This document shows positions 26,114 to 39,179 of a stretch of DNA of 64,000 nt, piece by piece. This DNA is from Felis catus (Eukaryota). The notes below the pieces were generated by a model, which saw only the letters and a program-made list of their open reading frames with translations, was not told where the DNA came from and searched no databases. The position numbers and the translations under genes are program-made. Location of the stretch: assembly GCF_018350175.1 (NCBI RefSeq), contig NC_058368.1:120902001-120966000 (forward strand), given 5' to 3'. Position 1 is the first letter of the stretch. Every line of letters starts with the position of its first letter.

Positions 26114-28033
26114 TGCATGTTTTTCTAATAGTGAAGAAGGGCTGTCCTCAGAACATTTAGGTATTAGAACACTGGGAAGAGCTCATGGTGACATATGCAT
26201 TAGGAATCCTACAACCTGTGTTTCAAGCCTACCTTAAAATCTGACTAGGTTTATGGCTCTGAGGAAGTCATTTCCCACTTTCTTAATCCCTTATCTATAC
26301 AATGATGATTTTTCCAGCTATAGCCATCTAGGATTCATTACTTTCCCAAAGAAATTAATTGAATTTTTTTGAGTAAGATCTCATTTTCTTCTTGTAGTAT
26401 ATAATACATGTCTTTTGACTGACAATATCTTTAGTAAGAATATATTCTAACAATGTTCTATTCTCCCTTTGTAAGTTTTTACCTGCTCATAAAATCATTT
26501 CCCTAATGCCTGTGGATTACTTGATGAGCTAACTCCCTTATTTCCCTTTGGATATGACCTGTCAGTTATCATTAATTTATGTGTGCGATCTTGTCAGGAC
26601 ATTGCATCTACAGGATGGATTTTCATTTAAGCCGCTCTTAACTAATTAGGTCATAAGTGTTGACATTGATACTAGAGTTGGAACTTACAGTATTTTACAT
26701 TGTTTTCAGCCAGAAATTTTCCAATATGTGGAAAATATTCTGAAGCAGTTTTTAAAAGACTATATACAGCTTCATGTCTATTTTTCCATTTGTTTAACAT
26801 GCATAGGTATTTAAAATTTTTGTTGAGTGTTATGACTACTTTTAAATAACTTAACAAAATTGACTTGGAGTCAAGTTGAGTAGCGCATGTTCTTTGTTCT
26901 TGGACGCACCTTAATTTTCAACCTTGGTTCTGGCATCTGCTACTGTTAGTACCTTCTGCTACTCCCTGGGCATCTCCAAGGCTCATTTTCCTTTTGTGTA
27001 AAATGAGAGATGAGGAACAAAGAGGGCATGCTTGTAAAATGTTAAACACTGCACACACAACTGAGTCCGTGCTTAGGAGTTTACTATTACTGTGAACAAG
27101 CTGCTCACTACATTTTGAAGGGTTAAAGAAATGTTACAACCTGGTACCTGGCCTCAAGGAATTTATGCTCCAATGAGAACATGTGACCCAGAGTACAAGG
27201 GAATGTATGAGAGCTAGTTACATATACAAAAGCCAAGAGCCAAAAGGATGCAAGGAGGGAGAGAGTACCTCCAATGAGGGGTGTGAGGGAATACTTCATG
27301 ATGAATATGATATTTCTGAGAGGATGTTGTCTAGTATGTAAAGAAGGTGAAGAGAGGAGATATCTCTCCTAGAGATAGGAGATAGGAATGAGAGAAGAGA
27401 AAGGAAGGGATGAGTTGCTAGGCAGAGTGGCAGGAGCACGGGATGGCAAATAATTAATTCCATGTCACTGAAGCAGAGAGTGAGTGTGTGTTGAATTGGG
27501 AGGCGAGAGTGGCAGGTGTATTGGGGGGTGGTGAGGAAGGTGATGGAAGATGCCAGGCTATGGTGTTTGTTCTTTTTATAAGCAAAGATGGAAACAAAGT
27601 TTTAGGCAACAGACTCCCAAAATCAGGGCACTGAAGCAGTAGGTTGGAGGACACAAGGGAACCCGGAAGTGGCATGTTTCTTTGGTGCTCTGTGAGAGTA
27701 GTTGGGGTAAGCCATAGTGGAAACACTGAGTGGAGGCTTTGGAATTAAAGAAAGGGCAGAAAAGATCTTTGTTAGAAGTGGCCCTCAAAGGATTTGGCAC
27801 CAACGGGAACACAGACGGTGAGGGATGGGGAGTATTAAATCTGATACCAAGCTTTCAAGATATGGAGGGTACAGGACAAGATTTGAAGACAAGTTTTGGT
27901 AGAAGGGATAGATTAGGGACTAAAAAACCTCATGCCTCAAGGGACCACACAGGAAGGGGAATTGATGAAGTTGAATAGATTGTATATAGGATTAGGAGGG
28001 GTGGGGACCGTGGAAAGTGTGCTGGAAGAAGTC

Positions 28034-28262
28034 TTTTTTTTTTTTTTAAGTTTACTTATTTTGAGAGAGAGAGAGAGAGAGCATGCAGGTGAGGGAGCAT
28101 GGCAGGGGCAGAGATAAAGAGAGAATCCCAAGAATCCCAAGCAGGCTCCACAGTGTCAGTGCAGAGCCCATTGTGGGGCTTGAATCCATGAACCGTGAGA
28201 TCATGACCTGAGCCAGAATCAAGAGTCAGATGTTTAACCCATTGAGCCACTTAGATGCTCCC
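28034..28262 (-). mobile_element. Can-SINE with internal gaatcccaa tandem duplication
   Basis: Poly-T, (GA)n and SINE body; partial TSD agtgtgc...tctt. Confidence 0.93.
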
Positions 28263-28352
28263 AGTGTGCGGTCTTGTAAAGGCAGCAATGTCTCTTTTCC
28301 AGCTTTTACCATACAGGGATAGCTGTCCAGTAGTATTAGATCTTTACATTTT

Positions 28353-28573
28353 TTTTTAAATTTTTTTTTTCAACGTTTATTTATTTTTGGGACAGAGAGA
28401 GACAGAGCATGAATGGGGGAGGGGCAGAGAGAGAGGGAGACACAGAATCGGAAACAGGCTCCAGGCTCTGAGCCATCAGCCCAGAGCCTGACGCGGGGCT
28501 CGAACTCACGGACCGCGAGATCGTGACCTGGCTGAAGTCGGACGCTTAACCGACTGCGCCACCCAGGCGCCCC
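28353..28573 (-). mobile_element. Young CpG-rich SINEC_Fc
   Basis: TSD agatctttacatttt (28338) / agatcttcacatttt (28574). Confidence 0.98.
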
Positions 28574-28902
28574 AGATCTTCACATTTTTAAGAGGAAACA
28601 AAACCTCAAAATTAAGAGTAATTTCTCCTGGTTTGTTTCTTTAGAGTTGATTATTTTTAAACACTGTATGGACCAAAGCAAGGGGTGAGAGTTGAAAACT
28701 TATGCATTTTTAATTTTCCTGATTGCTTGATATTCTCATCTGTTTGTCTCTCTAAATTAGTGTTTCCATTAGCATTTACATGCACTTTTCTAGGTGATTT
28801 AGGATAAATATTAGGCATACTTACTGATTACTATTCATATATATCTGAAGTAAATGGTCTCTTTATATCCCAATAATTTCTTCTGCAAGATACTAGTTTT
28901 AA

Positions 28903-29094
28903 GGGTGTTCGGGTGGTTGGTTAAGCATCCAACTCTGGGTTTCGCCTCAAGTCATGATTTCAAGGTTTGTGGGATCAAACCCCTCATTGGGCTCCGTGCT
29001 GACAGTGTGGAGGCTGTTTAGAATTCTCTTTTCCCTCTCTCTTCCTCTCCCTTTTTCCCTCTCTTTTAAAGAAAATTAAAAAAAAAAAAAAAAA
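28903..29094 (+). mobile_element. Can-SINE (first of a tandem pair)
   Basis: Degraded head with ~9-nt deletion; outer TSD aagatactagttttaag (28887-28903) / aagatactagtttcaag (29309-29325). Confidence 0.9.
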
Positions 29095-29097
29095 GAT

Positions 29098-29308
29098 GGG
29101 GCACCTGGGTGCTGAGTCAGTTAAGTGTGCAACTTTGGCTCAGGTCGTGATCTCACAATTTGCATGTTTGAGCCCCATGTTAGGCTCTGTGCTGAAGCTC
29201 AGAGACTGGAGCCTGCTTCAGATTCTGTGTCTCCCTCTCTCTCTGTGCCTCCCCTGCTCACACTTTGTCTCTCTATCAAAATTACATAAACATTTTTAAA
29301 AAATTTTA
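29098..29308 (+). mobile_element. Can-SINE inserted at the tail of the preceding SINE
   Basis: Preceded by aaagat and followed by aaagat(actag). Confidence 0.92.
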
Positions 29309-31611
29309 AAGATACTAGTTTCAAGAGATCTTAAGTGATTAAAGCACTGAAACTATGAACTCTGAAATAAATGGTTTTTCAGACAAGGGGATATATGTGT
29401 GCACATGACATGTGTGCATGTGTGTTTATGTAGTTTCAGGTATAAGGCATGGACAAGTACATTGCTGAATAGACTGAACTTCTGGGACTTGAAATGTAAG
29501 CACAGGGAGAAAGACATTTTTAAAATCTAGGCAAGAGCACAAAAAAAAGGACAAGACCCAAGTGAAAGATCTTTTAACTGGATATTAACAAGCTGATTTA
29601 TCAGTCTAACCCTAAGAATTCTGTATGATTTGTATGAGGGTTTGATGATAGCTCAGTTGACTTCATTTTAGCCAACACCTTTTAAGAAATACCCTGGGGA
29701 AAAAAGGCATTGGTATAGGGTAGATTGGAGGCATCATTTGCAAAAATTTAAATGGATCCTTCGTTAGAAGCATTCACATCAGATCTAGTGAAAAATTGGC
29801 CTTCACATAGCAAACTTTGATGTCATTGAAATAGTGAGAATTTTTTTTTTTTTTGGTGGAAGTATAATCTGTTACAGTGTTGAAAACATAAGACTCTTGT
29901 TCCTGAGAGAAAGGTAATGGAAGAGAGCAAGGTCTGAGGCATACTTCTGCAGGTAAAATGGGTCACTTAATTTTCCTTCTAATCATTTCATCTTCTCAAT
30001 GTGCTATTCATCTTGCAGCTGGGTGCCTGGTAACCTGCTGCTGATTAGGGACAATCATGGTATATCAACACTGAGGGTACAGGTGTCTGTGCATGTGATC
30101 CCTGATCTCATTCAGGCTGAGTAGGCAGAAATAGGTGGCTTTCAGGTCCAAGAGGAAGGGCTTTGTTGGGGGAGGGAAACAAAGCTCGGTATCACATGAT
30201 CCCCCTTCTACCTCCTACTGCCTGTGGCTCTGGGGAAAGTTATTTTACTCAGACAATCTTAGTTTCCTCATCTGTACAATGGCAATAATCTTAGCACTTA
30301 TCTTTCAGAGTTATTGTAAATCTTACATGAGATCATATATGTAAAATGTACAAATATGACATATAACTATTTTTAATTTCAACAGTACTACTCTATTATT
30401 AAAATGAACAAGGTTTGATGTTCTTGGACGCTGATTGGAAAACGTGAAGGTTTCCTTTTTTTTTTTTTTTTTGAAGCTGAATTAAATAGCTAATGATGAT
30501 GTTTATAAATCAGGTAGAATTCCTTAGTTGGAATGAAAAGAAACTTACCCTGTCCAACTGAAGCCCAGAGGAATTTGTTGGAAGGATATCTGGTACACAA
30601 ATTCACAGGGTGGCTCAAGACCTTTATTTCCATCTATTAGAAAATTGATGTTTTTGGTGAGTTTTTAGAGCACTTACCACTCACATTTGTCTTAAAATTG
30701 TCCTAATAAATAGAGAAACTTAGGACAACTACAAGGTGCATAATACCCCTAGGATTGGGTAGTTCCTAGTCTGTACAACTTTGTGGATTCCTAGACATTT
30801 TGTGAGTCCTCTACTTACAGAGGATCTCTTGTACCCTTTGAGGGCATTGTGGCACGAATAAAGATCCTTGCCTCCCTCCCCACCCCCGGAAAAGCTAGTC
30901 CTGAATACAGCTGCTAGGAAATACAACTATGAAGGGAGCAGTAGAAGACATGATTCTACTCAGGCATATAGTTTTCCATAGATGCCACTTTATAGCACAT
31001 AACACCTTACACTGTACATGTACCTACAGAAACTTTTCCTCACGAGCTGTCTTAAAGAAAAATGCACCAAGACGCAGCTACTGTTCTTGGCATAGGGTGT
31101 GATGTGTGACGTTCAGAAATTGTGATGGGCGGGAGGAATTTATCAGCACTAGAGTCCTTGCCTGAATTTGTGTTCAATTGAGAAAGTGTTTCTGAAGAGT
31201 TGCTTCATTTATTTGTTAATTCAACAAATTTTGAATATAAATTTTCCGAGCACTGGCTAGACACTGGGGGTAGTGTGATAAGCAAGATCAGTACAATTTT
31301 TATCCTTACTGACTTAATACTCTAACAGAAAAGATGGATCTTCCAACAAACTACAACAATTAAGTGTCATAAGTGTTTTGATAGCAAAAGTACAGCCACT
31401 TAGGTAAATGAGTAGAAAGCACACCTAATCTGAGGTTTCTGGGGAAAATGTTATCCTCTTGCTTCTAATTTGGCTCTGTCCCCTTTAGGAAATTATTAGC
31501 TCTTTGGTACTGTGATTTAACTAGGCACCTAGACCAATTGCTAGGTAAAAACACTTAGGGAACTCAAATCGGAACATGACTGCCTTACTTGCACTCTAAA
31601 CTCAGGATTGG

Positions 31612-31834
31612 GGGGAGCCTGGGTGGCTCAGTCGGTTAAGCGGCCAACTTTGGCTCAGGTCATGATCTCGCGTTCCGTGAGTTCGAGCCCTGCGTCGGGC
31701 TCTGTGCTGACAGCTCAGAGCCTGGAGCCTGTTTTGGATTCTGTGTCTCCCTCTCTCTGACCCTCCCCCGTTCATGCTCTGTCTCTCTGTCTCAAAAATA
31801 AATAAACGTTAAAAAAAAAATTTAAAGAAATAAA
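31612..31834 (+). mobile_element. Can-SINE
   Basis: TSD taaactcaggat (31597-31608 / 31835-31846). Confidence 0.96.
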
Positions 31835-33557
31835 TAAACTCAGGATCGGTGACAAAGGAGGAGGGATGAGAGTTGGAAAAAAAAGTCTGACAAGTAAAGC
31901 ACGTGTCCCCATGTCCTTGTTGCGGGCTGAGATAGATAGGTCTCTATAGATAATTTTTCATGGATAACATAAAAATTTCAATTAAGATCTCAGTAGGCAT
32001 TTAATACAAAACTCCTAAATGAAATTCTTTTCATTTGTCTTGATCAACACATTGTTTCCTGGGGTGATAACCACCAACAATTTGATGTAGCAGAAGGCTG
32101 AACACACATCACCTTACGTCTGTGGATAAAAGCATGCTGGCTGATGGCCCTGAGGTGCTGAGGAGACTCTGGTCAGGGAGAGACATGTGGTGGGTAGGAT
32201 GGGCGGAAAGATTGCAATGATCATGATTGCCATTTTAGCACAGGCATCCAGGGGCGCCAAGAACTTGACAGCATGACATAGAGCTAGAAGGGAAGCTAGG
32301 CCAGGTGGGCTCCAGTTCATGGTTGACAGCCAAGGATAATTTGTGGTTAACAGAGCAGGCAGACTCACACTCTACATGTGCATGCTCATTCTGAAGGTGC
32401 TTGAAGTGAGATTGTCTCACTGGAGTGTGTGGCTAGCTCTGAACTTGAATCACTGACTGGTTAGTACGCCAGTATCTCTTTCTAACCAAGAGCACACTGT
32501 ATACACTGTTTGCTAGCCAACTTGGCAATAAATTATATTTAAAAAATAAAAAGTACTTCCTTCACTTGAAATAGTTAAGTACATAGGATAACTGAGTTTA
32601 TTCCAGAGTTAAGGCCTCTGCATTTGCCACTCACATTGCCTGGAATACTTTGTCTTCAGATCGTCCCATGACGCTTAAATATAAATTCTTGAGACAGTCT
32701 TTCCTAAGCTCCTGTTTGAAGAAGTTAGACATGGTCACTTCCCGTTATATGGCATTATTTTATTATCTTGTGGCATGTGTTACTTTTAGGAATTGTATTA
32801 AGGTTTTTGAAATTGCATTTTTCTTTTTTGTAGGTATTCCCTTTCTGGGCTGGAAGCTCTCTGAAAAGGTCCAGACTCATTCACTGTAGGACCCTCAGAG
32901 CCTGAAACAGTCACTGGCATTTGCCTCTCTGTGCTTGTGAGGACAAGGATCCTATCTTAGACAACTTCCTCAGCCTGATGCCCAGCACAGTAAGTGGACA
33001 TAAAAGATTCCCATTAATATATAGATTTATCTAATGAGAAGTATAATTAAGCTGTATAGAGGTAACTGATAATGGACATTAACTGAGCATCTTATGGGGA
33101 CAAAGGGTCGGTTGTCCCGTAATCAACTTTAAATTAATTTAAAGCCCGCTGGTGTTTTTGTATGTTTGTGTCTTCAGCTTACATTTGAGCACTGTTTTGT
33201 GATGGGTGCCTGAGAAATCAGAGAAGAGTAAAAGTGGCCTTTGCCTTTCAGAATCTTACACTCCATTTTAAAATAGCAGATGAAACTAATTCTCCCTTCT
33301 TTGGAAATGCTACTTTGCTATGTTCTTAGATAAAGAATGTTGAAAGGAAGAATAAATAAAAGTAAGAATCAGTGAATGAATAAGGAAGAGATGAATTAAG
33401 TGATAGGAATTAGAACCAGATGCAGCTAAGTGTCAGAATCTATTGTCGGGTAGGGATTTGATCCCATGAACTCTGATTCATAAAGTAGTCTGAATTTATT
33501 TTTCACCCAATGGAAAAAACCATTCACTGTTTCCATGTGTTCCTATCATTGTTTCTT

Positions 33558-33677
33558 TTTTTTAAATTTTAATACGAAATTTATTGCCAAATTGGTTTCC
33601 ATACAACACCCAGTGCTCATCCCAACAGGTACCCTCCTCAATGCCCATCACCCACCCTCCTTCCCTCCCACCCCCCA
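33558..33677 (-). mobile_element. Very short L1 3'-end insertion (~120 bp)
   Basis: Reverse complement matches the 3' end of the fragment at 51170-51260; TSD gtttctt (33551-33557 / 33678-33684). Confidence 0.9.
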
Positions 33678-34295
33678 GTTTCTTGTCTCCATGCGTTGTT
33701 CTTGATATCCCCATGCTTGGAATGCTCCATGCTTATAATCTTTATATATTCAAAGTCTTTGCGGTGAAGATAGTAATCAGACATCATCCTCTCAGTGAAA
33801 TACTTACTGCCTCCTATGCAGTAAGTAATTTCTCCTATTTCTGAATTTCGAGAATACTCTACCGATTCCTTCCCTCCCTGTGGTATTTGACCGTTTGCAT
33901 CTTATATTACCACTATTTACATCTGCATTTGGTCTTCCCTTTCAGAGTCTCAGCCCCTCAAGGGCATGCTTATTGCTGATTGATCTGAGTAGCCAACCTC
34001 CAGTGATTCATCCAATAAGTACTTACTGAAGACATACTGCATGTCAGGCGTACTGCTAGTTTTGGAGAAAACGGTGTGAGCAACTGACATTGATGAGGCA
34101 AATACTAGTTTGCCCTGGATTGTAGAGTTTAATAATAGAGCACAATATTAACGGCTTTTATTTGTTGAGCACTTCAACCAGTTTGACAAGATAATTATCT
34201 TAGTAGCATGTAAGGACATACATGATGGTTCCACTCCTGGCTCTCTTGCTTACTAGTTATGTGACCTTAAGCTGATAATGCAGCCTCTCAGAACT

Positions 34296-34980
34296 TCTGC
34301 CTTAATTACTTATTACCACAAATAATGCTGTGTAATAATCCACACAAAAGTAGGCAAATACTCATAAGCCTGGTTGCCTAGGTGGTTATTGTGGGCCGGG
34401 TCAGGTTGGCTGGTTTCATTTTGGCTAGCCTAGGTATCTGTGAGGAGCTGTCGAGTGAGCTGGGAGCATGGATGAGGCTAGGATAGCCTCAGGTGACCTG
34501 GCTCTTCTATACATGTGCTCCATTATGCAAGCCTAGACATGCGTACAGGGTGGCTGTGAGGCTCTAAAACAGTTGGAGCGCCTGGGTGGCTCAGTCGGTT
34601 GAATGTCTGACCTTCATGTTAGCTCAGGTCACGGTCCCAGGGTTGTGGGATCAAGCCCCACGTAGCGCCCCACATTGGGCTCTGGGCTGAGTGGGGAGCC
34701 TGTTTAAGAATGTCTCTGTCTCTGTCTCTGTCTCTCTCTCGTGCTGGCTCTCAAGAAAAAAAATAAAACAAAATTAAAACTGCTAGTAGTCTAGGCTAGT
34801 CCAGGCTCAGAACTGGCAGTTTCATTCTTGCCACATTCTAGTGGCTAAAGCAAGTCATAAGGCCAAACCAGATTCATCGGGTAGGGATTCCATCTTTTCA
34901 TTAGAATTACCATAAAATCACATTATATAGGGCAGGATACAGGAGGGGCATGAACATTTGGCTATTTCTTCCTTTAGCAC
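34296..34980 (-). mobile_element. MaLR (MLT1-type) LTR, interrupted by a SINE
   Basis: ataatgctgtgtaataatccac...ggctcagaactggca...gccacattctagtggctaaagcaagtcataaggccaaaccagattca. Confidence 0.65.
34575..34774 (+). mobile_element. Can-SINE (older, divergent subfamily)
   Basis: gcgcctgggtggctcagtcggtt head, (CT)n, A-tail; degenerate TSD taaaacagtt/taaaactgct. Confidence 0.9.
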
Positions 34981-35293
34981 AACCTTAGTCTATAAAGTAG
35001 ACATGATAATAGGATGTACTTTTATAGGTGGATTGTAAAAATTTTATGAAATAGTGTGGAAAGGCTGGGATGTTACGTCACACCTCAGAGACGTTAGAAA
35101 TGTGTTATTATTATATCATTTATCCTCACACCAACCACATAAAAATATCATAATCCTTATCTTACCAGAGTTTAAGTTACATGTTCCTGAACACATAGTC
35201 AGTTGAGCCAGGATTCAAATCAAGGTTTGTCTGAAAAATTTGTAGCAGAAATTTTCTAACTGTTCCCCAAACCTGTTTGTTTCTATGTACGCA

Positions 35294-35296
<3 letters not shown>

Positions 35297-35334
<38 letters not shown>
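35297..35334. repeat. (GT)n microsatellite
   Basis: ~19 GT units. Confidence 0.97.
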
Positions 35335-35336
<2 letters not shown>

Positions 35337-35856
35337 ACACATAAGCAGACTACATACCATCCTGCCTTGCTACACGTATGACCATGTGATTGGGGTCTAG
35401 CCACAAACAGTGGGCAGCATTGGTCAGGAGGGAACGAGTCCAGATGTCAGAACCTCCATTTCCGTAGAAGAGAAATGCCTGCAGATTACAAACACTGGTT
35501 TTGGATTTTAGTGAGCCAGAAATAAACTTATTGTAAATAGCCAATGAAGTATTAGTATCATTTGGCAACAATGAGCTAACTGGTACAGTTATGTGGCACC
35601 AAACTATCTGTAATAAAGTGACTAATACTGGCTGTAACAAACTAATAGTAGCTATAACAAATGAGTGTAACAAACTAATAGTAGTGGTAACAAAAGCAGG
35701 CCATTACAGCCAGTTGTCAGTAGTGACGAAGTACGCAATACAGAGTTTCATTTCTAAAACCCTATGCTCTACAACTCTAGAGAGGGAAGACTGTTCTGGT
35801 GCTATTTCCCCACACATCAGATACTCTAACATTCACTGAAAAAATGAGAAGCTTCT

Positions 35857-36070
35857 TTTCTTTAACTTTTTTTTAATGTTTATGTATTTTGAGAGAGAGA
35901 GAGAGAGAGAGAGAGCAGGAGAGGGGCGGAGAGAGGGAGACAGAATCCCAAGCAGGCTGCATGCAGTCAACACAGAACCCGATTCGAGGCACGAAATAAA
36001 AACCGTGAGATCATGACCGGAGCTGAAATCAAGAGCTGTATGCTTAAGTGACTGAGGCACCCAGGTGCCC
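35857..36070 (-). mobile_element. Can-SINE
   Basis: TSD aaatgagaagcttct (35842-35856 / 36074-36088). Confidence 0.95.
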
Positions 36071-38109
36071 GAGAAATGAGAAGCTTCTAAAACCAAAGCT
36101 TTCTGGTCCCATTCCTCTTAGTGTTCCCTCTTGGTCTCTGATTTCTCTGCTTGGCTGCCACTTGGAGAATCTTGTTCCTTTTTGGTCAAACCAGACTGGC
36201 TACAGGGTGAATGTACATCTAACCTGAACCAGAAGATCAAATGCTGCTGTTAGAGTACCGTGATTAGGATCCATTTATCTACATGAAAAAAAAAAAACAA
36301 AAAAAAACAAAAAAAAAAAACCGCACGGTGTTTTTAGGCAAAATGAAAAAAAAAATTTAGGTGGTCTTTTCTGTAGATGGAAAATGCTGTTTCAGGGCCT
36401 CTCTTCAGTTCTGATGACGTTGTCAGGAACTGGGGATCAAGGAAATTCTTAGAGGATTGTGAAAGTAGGTTTTAAGTGCTCTTCTGTGGAAAGAGAAGAG
36501 TTAAAAATTGAAAGTGAAAAAATTAGAAAGATGAAAAAAGCTGGTGAAAATAGACAAATCAACATCACTTGAAACCAAAGAGCACGAAATTTACCATCCC
36601 ACTGGCCCAGAAAGAAGAATTAGTACTAATTGACACCATTATAGTGGCTTTAGTGAGACAATTAGGGCTTTAAGTTAGGACAATTCTAAAGGACCTCTGC
36701 TATTGACATTACTAGAAGAATTTGCCTTTTGCCTTAGAGCATCATAGAACCATAGAGAGACAGACTATACAAATTTGGAGCCATGGGATAAAGTCTAGTT
36801 ACATGTCTTAAAAAGACAGTAATACAGTGAAATCTTAGTGCGACAGAATCCAGCTTTTAAAGAATTCTGATTTCTATTTAGTAATTCACTTTAAAAGAAA
36901 GAATAATAATATACCTAACATTTAATGAGTACTTACTATTTGCCAAGCACTCTGGGTTGAATGAAAAAGAGGCAAATAATAAAATCAAGATGGCAACTAG
37001 AAATTTTGTGAAAGCAAATTCTTTTTAAGATGTTCATATATCAGGAAGGTTTTGGGAAGAGCAAAGAGAGAAAATTTTAACTCTTGCACCAAGTTTTGGT
37101 CCTGGTACTGGGGCAAGCATGTTACTTCTCCAATCCTGGGTTGATTCCTCTGTAAACTGGAAATAATGATAACTTTCACTGAGGGACAATGCGATAAAGC
37201 ATGTGAAGTCACTTTTCAAGCTACAAAATTCAGGGCACACAGTGATGTGTGAACCAACCTCTTACATACACACACACACATATCTCATTTATTTCATTCA
37301 CACTGGGTCTGGTATGAATAAACAGTGTGACAGGTTTGAGAAAACTTTAAAATATTTTTGCAGTGGTTCACATCTAGGGATACACCCTTTTACTTTGCTG
37401 ATGTCCCTTGATTGCCCAATAAACAAGCAAAAATCTGCAACCAAATAGACACAACAAAAATCCAGCTCTAGTGTAAAGCAAGGGACAATGTTTAGAGACA
37501 TCTGCAGATGATTGTTCCATGATGGAAATAGGAAATGAGGTGTTTCATTAATATATTTCATTTATTCCGGTAAGTCGTTAGATGCTTAAGGGAAGTGGCT
37601 TGTGCCCGTTTTCTTTTCATTAAATATTCATATGTTCTAATGGAAACTGTTCTGATAAATTGGGTAAATTGAGCAACTTAGAAATTTATGCCTCAAAAAG
37701 AGGAGTTTGGGAATTCCCAGTGAGCAAGCTAATGCTTAAATCATTAACACTCCATTGATTTTATAATTAAAAAGCTGGAAAGTAAATATAGGGTTGTTTT
37801 AAATGTTATGATAGCTGCTTGTCTTGATGCTTAGATCACAAGCCATTTGATTGAAGTATCTATTAGCTGTGCAGCCTGCTACTGTGATTGCATCAAAGGA
37901 GCGTCTCGATTCTCTAATGACAAAACCCCTCTATTGTGTCACCTTCGAGGAAAAAAAATACAAATGAACCAATTCTTCCATTTAGGAGTGAAGAAAACGA
38001 TCTTGAGTTCGGGAAGATTTGTGTGGGATACACTTCTTACTCCTGGAGGAGAGGGGGGACACATTTCTTGGACAACTAAGACAGTAACTTAACCTCCCTT
38101 CTCCAGCAG

Positions 38110-38420
38110 TTCAGTAACTACTTACCAAGCGCTTACTGTGCGCCAGGCCCAGAGTTCAGGAAACAGCCATGAGCAAGGAAGACCTGGTGCCTGATCTCAA
38201 GGGACTTGGCAGGTAGACGGTTAAGCAAATGGTAACAACACAGTGATGGCAATGAGCTGTGAGAACAGGTACAAGGGCACAGAACTGTCAGGGAAAGTCT
38301 TCCTAAGAGGATGCCTTAGGCCAGAACCTGAGGAGGAGTGTTCCAGGCAGCGGTAACAATATGTGCAGTAACCATGAGATTAGAAAGAGTACGGCATGTT
38401 CTAGCTACTCAAAGGCAGTT
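38110..38420 (-). mobile_element. L2 3' fragment
   Basis: gcgcttactgtgcgccaggc...tgcctgatctcaagggactt...gtcagggaaagtcttcct...gtgttccaggcagcgg. Confidence 0.6.
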
Positions 38421-38429
38421 GTGGAGAGA

Positions 38430-38748
38430 ACAGTGTTCACCTAACATGAGCCACAAATATGAGTCATATAGGCAAACACGACATATATAATTTCAAATTA
38501 TCTAGTAACATTAAACAAGTAAAAAGAAATAGATGAAATTAATTCATGTATCTTATTTAGCCCAATATATCCCAGATATTATCATTTCCGTGCGTAATCT
38601 ATAAAATACTGAGAGAATTTACATGACCTTTTCATACTAAGTCTTTGAAATTCTCTGTGTATTTTCTTGTTAGACCATACCCCAATCCAAACTAGCCACA
38701 TTTCAAGTGCTCTGCAGTGACATGGCCACTGCATTGGACAGTTGAGGG
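38430..38748. mobile_element. MER33-like hAT-Charlie DNA transposon relic
   Basis: tgagccaca...taatttcaaattatctagt...catactaagtctttgaaat...actagccacatttcaagtgctc...attggacag. Confidence 0.75.
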
Positions 38749-39179
38749 TTAGATAGTTAAAAAAAAAAAAAAAAAAGATTAAATGGTAAGCGATAGAAAT
38801 GGACATGTAGAAAGGAACCAAATGATGAAATTTTCTCTTGTTTCATCTGCAACGTGGTTAATGAGACTACGTAGTCTTTAAGGTCCTTTTGGGTCTAAAA
38901 TTGTATGAACCTTTATCCTGTCTCAATGTAGGATTGCAAAGAACCATCCCAAACTGAATGCTCTTAACATTTGAAAAGTATTTTGTCACTATTGTATTCT
39001 TTTTTAATTACAAAGGTATTTATACATGCCTCTGACCCAGGAATGCCACAAAGAATGCACTTACTCTCTTACATGAGTTTTTCTATAAAGTCCATTTCTC
39101 TTGGTTCAGTGGGGTTTTGGTTTGACAGTATCTGTAGTAGACTTGTATATAGTGAATCTTACCTTAAGTTTTCTTTGAG

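Noticed and set aside
32243..32260. CTCF-like ccaggggcgcc (also aagggggcac at 1481)
   Set aside because: Incomplete match to the CTCF core; not supportable without a PWM scan or ChIP data
35591..35839. 82-aa ORF with repeated CNKLIV; CRISPR-like spacing of the 19-mer repeats
   Set aside because: The peptide repeat reflects the DNA duplication; only two exact repeats, mammalian context, no cas genes
36286..36320. Orphan poly-A tracts (also 1830-1850, 38759-38776)
   Set aside because: No TSD or element body identifiable; common mononucleotide runs
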